Source of the DNA: Candidatus Nanoarchaeia archaeon
GTDB taxonomy: Archaea; Nanobdellota; Nanobdellia; Jingweiarchaeales; Jingweiarchaeaceae
Direction of reading: 5' to 3'
DNA length: 64,000 nucleotides
Assembly (NCBI GenBank): GCA_038874075.1
Contig: JAVZDD010000001.1
Span: forward strand, 8,701 to 72,700
The notes below the pieces were generated by a model. It saw only the letters and a list, made by a program, of their open reading frames with translations. It was not told the DNA's origin and made no database searches. This document shows positions 54,024 to 61,300 of this stretch, piece after piece. Every line of letters starts with the position of its first letter. Positions within the stretch are counted from its first letter, which is position 1. The position numbers and the translations under genes were made by a program.

Positions 54024-54129
54024 GTAAGTAGATGAACGAGTTGATATAAGTATATTATATTCATTCTAATTCAGCGCTTCTCGTGATCTTCCTTTCAATT
54101 TTAATAACAAATTTAAACAAAGAAAAAGT

Positions 54130-55269
54130 TTATTCTTCTTTCTTCTTCTTGTAGAAGATTAGGTAGATTGCGTACACCACGACCAAGAACAGTACTAATG
54201 CACCTAAATTTGCAGGTTGTAACGCTCCTACGAAAAATCCAGTTGGCGCTACTTCTTCAGATGCTGGTGTGATTACTAACCCAGTTGTTCCTGGAGCACA
54301 GGTACCACAATCTTCCGCGCAGCTATCACAACTTTCCCCATTCTCACATATCCCATTACCACAAACAGCTAAGCAATCATTATCACTTAAAGAATTACAA
54401 TTAACTGGGCAACATCCATCTCCATTTGCACATGTAGTGATGGGTATGTTTGAACATGAAGCTATGCATGTGTTCGGATAATTGCAGACATCTAATGTGC
54501 ATGCATTGTTATCAACACAATCTAAATCCGATGTACAAAGTGGAGTAACACAAATACTGTCACATCTTATTTTCCCCTCCTCACAAGGTGGAATGCATGG
54601 TCTTGTCTCAGTTTCATTCGGTTTGTTCTTGGTTGTGTTGCAATTATTTAAGTCATTACATGTTCTAGTTCTTGTTTGAACATTGTTTATGCAATCTGAC
54701 CAGTCTGACCAACTTGTACATGTCCAATTCTCTTGGCATGGTGGTGGAGGTGGGGGTGGAGGCGGAGGTGGACAAGTTCCACAATCTTGAGGACAAGATG
54801 AGCATGTCTCTGCACCATTACAAGATCCATCTCCACAGTACGGTGTAGGTGGAGGACAAGTTCCACAATCTACTGGACAATTTGAACATGTTTCACCAGA
54901 TTCACATACACAATTACCACATTTATTTGTTGTAACAGTTAGGTTCAAATTCATCAAATTACCTGAATAACAAATTTGTGGTGCTTCATTCACACAGTAT
55001 CCTGCAACTTTAAAAGTAACAGTTTCATTAACCGCATCCACTTGCAATCCGTAATAACCTTGACCATTCCAAGTAATCGTATTAAAACTTGATTTTAATA
55101 CACCGTTCACATATGCTGCTACTAATGTGCCATCAGGAACCGGATTTCCATCAATAGAGGCATAACCTTCAAATGCACAAGGTATTGCAAAAGCACTAGA
55201 AATACTAAAAACCACCAATGCAATCAAAATTGCAATTAAATCCTTTTTTTTCATTTTGACCCTCATCAA
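54130..55269 (-). CDS. Secreted Cys-rich protein with three CG(N/D)G-x-C-E...C-x-x-C-P-x-DCGTC knots, a poly-Pro linker and a C-terminal TM anchor with basic tail
   Basis: Signal peptide MMRVKMKKKDLIAILIALVVFSISSAFA; CGNCVCESGETCSNCPVDCGTCPPP, CGDGSCNGAETCSSCPQDCGTCPPPPPPPPPPP, CGNGICENGESCDSCAEDCGTC; C-terminus APTGFFVGALQPANLGALVLFLVVVYAIYLIFYKKKKEE. Confidence 0.6.
   Translation of the reverse strand: MMRVKMKKKDLIAILIALVVFSISSAFAIPCAFEGYASIDGNPVPDGTLVAAYVNGVLKSSFNTITWNGQGYYGLQVDAVNETVTFKVAGYCVNEAPQICYSGNLMNLNLTVTTNKCGNCVCESGETCSNCPVDCGTCPPPTPYCGDGSCNGAETCSSCPQDCGTCPPPPPPPPPPPCQENWTCTSWSDWSDCINNVQTRTRTCNDLNNCNTTKNKPNETETRPCIPPCEEGKIRCDSICVTPLCTSDLDCVDNNACTLDVCNYPNTCIASCSNIPITTCANGDGCCPVNCNSLSDNDCLAVCGNGICENGESCDSCAEDCGTCAPGTTGLVITPASEEVAPTGFFVGALQPANLGALVLFLVVVYAIYLIFYKKKKEE
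54739..54772 (+). repeat. G-rich tract on + strand (encodes an 11-proline run on the - strand)
   Basis: ggtggtggaggtgggggtggaggcggaggtgga. Confidence 0.9.
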
Positions 55270-55325
55270 CTCAATTATTTTCTTCTTTTTAAATGTTTTT
55301 GATTACCATAAAAAAGATAAAAAAT

Positions 55326-58300
55326 TTATTCTATCTCTAACCTGTCACCCTGTGTCATATATATCCAGTATGGTCTATTTTGTTGGTCATTAAATTCAGT
55401 CAATGCCCATGGTAGTGGTGGTGGGTTGTTGCCCCATTCTGGATTGTAATACTTCCACATCGTTCCATCATAATACCATATCACTGTGTAATTCCCACTT
55501 ATTGATTCAAGCACATTCCAAACCGAGTAATCGCCACCCAACGAATCAATGTCTTCCAAGACCAGTCTTGGTAGGAAGAATCCATTCCATCCTGCATGTA
55601 GATTAATCGTTACATTGTAGTTCCCAGTTGTATCGAGCACGAATATTATCATTTCTGAATTTGTCATCACGTTTCCTGCAACATCCTTACATTTCACGTG
55701 ATATGCATACATCCCATCCTGCAATCCTGATAATTCATAGTAATGGTAAGTGCCATCTCCTTCTAATGTGTTCATTATGTAAGCCATTGTATCATATGAC
55801 CTACTCAAAACATCGAACTTGCATGTTGCTGGTTCATTTGTGAATACTTGCAACATAATACCTTCGCTTCCATCCAAGATTCCGCCTGGCGCTGAATTTA
55901 CGATCTCTGGTGGTGTAAAGTCAATTGGTACTCCTCTCTCTATTCTTCTCGTCACATTCCATCCTGCATTGTCTCTTATATTTATGTCCAACCAGTTACC
56001 TCCGCCGAGCGTGGTAATCACATAACAATATCCAATTTTTGTCAATGAATTGAAGTAACAAAGTGGGGGCAATGTGGCGTCTGTACTGTAGATTGGTTCT
56101 TGCAATCCTGAACTAGGTGTTAGATCAGTTATTGTGAAGTTCACAAACCAACCTAACATTGGTACGCTGTACTGTGTATCGGGTGTAATTGAAGGTGCAT
56201 ATGTATCAACAAACACATTCACATGCTCCGACCAGGTTGTCTTTCCAGCTTTGTCAACTGCTCTAACTCTGTAAGTGTGCATTCCATCTGAACTTACACC
56301 TGTGTAAGGTGATGTTACACTATTGACAATACTTCCATCAACTTCAATGTCAAACCTATCAAAGTTCGTGTCACTCCCACCGTTCCATATTACTTTATAA
56401 TCTCCATCTCTATCATACGGTGGATTATCAACATTCTGTGTTCCTATATTCACTGGTTGTGGTAGATAATTGTCTATCTTAACAACACCCCAAGCTATGT
56501 CATTTTTTCCATTTCCTGCCTTGTCATACACATAAACTTCCAAATGATAAGTGCCTTCTGGGGTACTTTCATAGATTGGAACCATGTATGTGATTGGTTC
56601 TGTTCCAGCATAGCATCTATACAACATGCTTGAATCTTCACTATCAATGTGACCAACAATTGTTCCTCCTCCACCTGTGAATACCATTATCTTAAAGCTC
56701 TTAGGATTGTCCTCTTTACATAAGAAGGAAACTTCTAACATCTCACCTGCTTTCTTCCAAACTGGTGTCAGTGGACTCTGTATCTCAACGGATGGCCACA
56801 CATTATCATATGTAAATCTAACATCTCTTGATTTCAAGCTATTTCCAAGATTGTCATAAGCGACTGCATATATCGTGTAGGTATCGGTCTGTTCTGGCAT
56901 CCATGTGATCATCCAACCATCTTGCTGTGAATCATCTAATCCTATTAGTTCTGGGTATTCACTTTCGTCTTCTCCATAAACCATCCTGTAGAACTCAACT
57001 CTTTCAATTCCGCTAACTGCATCAGCAGTTACGGCTTCTATTTCTATTGCAGCTTCGGAACCGCTTATATATTCATTATTGAGTGGTCTTATTATCGCAA
57101 CACTTTCTGGTTCTCCATTATCAACGATGACGATCACTTGTTCCGAATATCCTGTGTTTCCTACGTTGTCTGTCAATCTCGCAATTATACCATATGCCAA
57201 ACCATCTGTTGCTGTGGTCGTGTCCCATGAGTATGTACATTTATATTCATAACCAGGACTCGGACCTATGTATTCACAATCACTAACTTCATTCCATGTT
57301 TGTCCATTGTCTGTTGAAATTTCTATCTTCATCGGTTCTGGCACATTTGCTTCATCTACCAAAACTTGTATGTCAATTGTTCCTTTCACAAACATGTTAT
57401 TTTCTGGGTATTGAATTTCCAATGCTGGTGCTATTGTGTCAACATTTACCATGACCGAATCACTTCCAATATTTCCTGCATTGTCTGCTATTTCAACTTT
57501 CAGCTCTTGCTCTCCTTGGGGCAGTTCCTTATCGTTCGGTACCATTATCGTTCCATAACACATTCTATTCGTATTATCGTATGGTACGGATCCTAATGAT
57601 ATGCCACCAAGTGTTATATAGCAAGGTGTACCTGTTGTTATCCCTCCTGTAACTTGTCCTTCATACGAATCTAAAATATCTGCACTTATTTGGATCGGAT
57701 GACTACCTAAAAGATCATTTTCAAATGGTAAAGTTACCTCCACTTCTGGCGCATGATTGTCTATGCCAATCTTCGGTAAGTTCCAGATTGTTACTATATC
57801 TTGGATTACATCTGCTATGCAAGTTGGTGGACAGTTTTCCATGTATCCATCTTCACATCCGCACTGCATCATAATTGAGTGATATACTTCTCCTAAGCTA
57901 TTTCCCATGTTTCCAAGATTGTCATCAACTGAGACAGCTAAAAACACTACACCATCTGGTATCCCACTTGGATTTGGTATGGTTGCATAACCTTGACATT
58001 CTTTTGCTTCAGCATTATATACGAGTGTTCCATCCGTCTCAAGTTCTACGATCTTAAATTCTGGTAACAAATCAATCAAGTAAGCATAGCACTGCCTACC
58101 ATCTTCTATCCCAACATTGCACATTCCACTTAATGGATTTTCACAAGGTCCGTGTGGATTTGTCAAGTCTTCTGCTAATGTTACGATTGGTATATCTTCT
58201 CCGTCAGAATACCAACCATCAACTGGTTTCAAAATTAGGATGTGCGGTGGTGTGTTGTCTACTTTATGATATTGCACATGTTCTTGTTCAACATTGCCAA

Positions 58301-61300
58301 GCGCATCCTCAGCATACCACCTTATCTCATGTAAGCATTCCTCTCCTAAATAGAATGTTGTTTTAAGATTGCAATTCTCATCTGTGTAGATATCCTTTTC
58401 CTCTATTTTTGTATCAACTTCACCATCACAGTTTGAATCCCACCATATCTCATAATGTAATTTCTCAGGTCCTGCAGCACACATTTCTTGTTTATCGAGA
58501 GCTGTTAATGTTATTGGTGTTTGGGATGTTATCCAGTAACCATTATCCCATTGGGGTTGTCCGATGCTCTTGGTTGTTTCTGGCGGTGTGGTATCCACTC
58601 TCTCAACTTGTGTATGTGTATCTTCTTTATTTCCCAATGCATCTACACAATACCATTCTAGGGTGTGTTTGGAATCTTCACTATATTGTATTGGCTCTGT
58701 GTACAAAGTCCAATCTTGCTTCAACACATCATCCAAGTAGTATCTATAGTAGATTTTTACATCATCTACTGGATGTGGTGATTGGTCTTCACACGTCAAT
58801 ACTATCTTTGTGTTTTGTTTTATGTAATAGTCACAATCTCCTGAAGCAGCACAAGGTAATTCATCGCAAGGTTTGCTAAACCCATCGAAGTACTTTGTTG
58901 AAACTGGTGGTTTGTTATCAACATAAACACATTGTCTTTTTGTTTGTTCAGTCTTATCAACATTATCAACGGAATAAAACTCTATTAAGTGGCAGGAATC
59001 TTCTGTGATTTTGAACGGACCAGTATAGGTCAACCAATCTCCTGAACCAGTTGCATCTTCGCATGCTGTTTGGCTCTCACAATAAGTATCATCAACTAAA
59101 GTCACTCTATACTTTGTTTCCTTTATTCCTGATTTGTGAGGTCCTGTGTCCTCAACTGTTAATGTGATTGGAGTTTGCGATGTAATCCATTTCGGATAGC
59201 CACCTTGTCCTTCAACTAGTGGTTGACCATACGTCTTGGTTGTTGTTGGTGCTGTCTTGTCAACATAGAATACCTCCACATCTTCTATCATTTCATTTCC
59301 TAATGCATCCCAGCATCTTATGTGGAGTTCATGTTTGGTTTCTTCTGGGAAGCTTATCGGGAATTTATCATACCATCCGTAAAATTTCTGATAGTCATCA
59401 TCAAGATAATAACCCCACTCACAGTAGACACCGCCTACATTGCAACCTCTCCCTGTTGGATCTGGATCTGTCATTTGTACATCTATAGTTGTAATACCAT
59501 CGATAAAGCAGACATCATTTGGATTTTGTGGCAAGCAATCTCCATGATGAGGACCTACTATTGTCTTGGTTATTTCTGGTGGGACTGAATCGACTCTGAA
59601 GTATTCAACATCAACTTGGTTTTGATTACCAAGTGCATCCACACAATAATATTCTAAATCATGTAATGAGTCTTCTTGGAATGTGAAAGTGTATTTGGAT
59701 TCTCCAGACACATCAGCACAGCAATAATCACCTTCCATTGTTCCTCCAAATTGAGTACAGTATTGAGTTGTTAACCATGGTTGTTGTGGATCATCGAATG
59801 ATATTCTATAGCACATCTTCTCATGGTCAACTGGATGTGGTACTTGGTTATCCCAGCTGTCGTCGCAATCCAAGGTTATTGTTGTTACTTTGTCACTAAC
59901 CCAGTAATCGCAATTCTTAATATTAGTTATTTCTATATCGTCCACATACCAACCTTCATAATTGTTAAACAACGAATCTATTGTATCAAACCTGAACTTT
60001 ATTTTTACATTTTTTCCTGTATATGCGGACAAGTCAATCGTTACTTGACGCCATTGGTCTTCTGGGCCGGTTGAAGTCCAAACTTTAACCCAACCTGAAC
60101 CGTCATTCACGTAAACTTCTCTTGCATCGTAAGGAGAAAGTTTCTCTGTATTTTCATAGCTCCAGAATGTCAATTGTGAATTATCACCTAAGATAATGTC
60201 TTTTGAGATCAACTCTCCAGAATTTTCAAAACCTGTATCATAATTGTGGTCTGATTCTTTATTGTAAGCCCAGCTGTGAGTTGGACTGTGACTTCTGTAT
60301 TCAGTTATGTGCCACAAGCCTGTGGCAGTCCATTCACCTGCTCCGTTTTCTACATTATCACTAAAGGTTGTTGATTCACATTTTATCTTTGGCTCTCCAA
60401 TTGTTTTTATTCCCTGTGGTGGGACTGAATCAACAATGTCATATTCCACATGCAACTGCTCAGTATTGCCCAATTCATCCACACAGTACCACTCTAATAC
60501 ATGAGCTGAATCTTTTTCTTTATATATCACCAAAGGTTCATTGTCGTATACAACATATTCCTTGAAATCTCCTGGCTGTTCTCCTACAAGGTAGTCTCTA
60601 TAATATATTTTGACATGATTTACTGGATGTGGATCTTGATCTGAGCAACTAACTGTTATTAGAGTTTTTTGTGTTATGAAATAGCATCCGTCGGTTGGAT
60701 TTGGCATATTTGGATAATACAATGCTTGCTCGTCTGATGTGCAAGCATGCTTAGGATTGTCTAATGTTTTTTGTGAAACTGGTGGTTTAGTATCAACTAT
60801 GTCCAATTCTACATGTTCGCTTTCTTTGTTACCTAAAGCATCAACACAGTACCAAGTAAGTCTGTGATAGGATTCATAATTTGGTAAATCTTCGTAATAG
60901 AATTTAATATAATTACCAACAGTTTCTTCTTTTACAGTTTGCCAATTATCTTCCCAATTCATCTTCCATTCAATCTTATAGTGAATCTTCACGTCATCTA
61001 CTGGATGAGGTTGTTGATCAGCGCAAGAAAGTTCTATAGGGGTTTCGTCTGTCATAAACCAGCAATCGTTGATTCCGTACTGCGTCTTTTCTTCTTGTGT
61101 ACACTCATGTTTTGGGGTTCCTAGTGATTTCTGTGAAACAGGAGGTGTGTTCTCGACGAATACACATTGAGTTTTTATTGGTTCTTTGTTTCCAAGCAAG
61201 TCAACACTATAATATTCTATCATGTGACACGACTGCTCAGTTTTGTAGAAAGGTCCTGTATATTCGTTCCATCCTTCACTTTCATAGCTGTGAATGGGTT

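Noticed and set aside
58409-58879. 156-aa plus-strand ORF (and the many 60-100-aa plus-strand ORFs between 55.4 and 63.4 kb)
   Set aside because: All lie antisense within the >8.3-kb minus-strand giant ORF. His/Leu-rich translations reflect the reverse complement of Asp/Val/Trp-rich codons.
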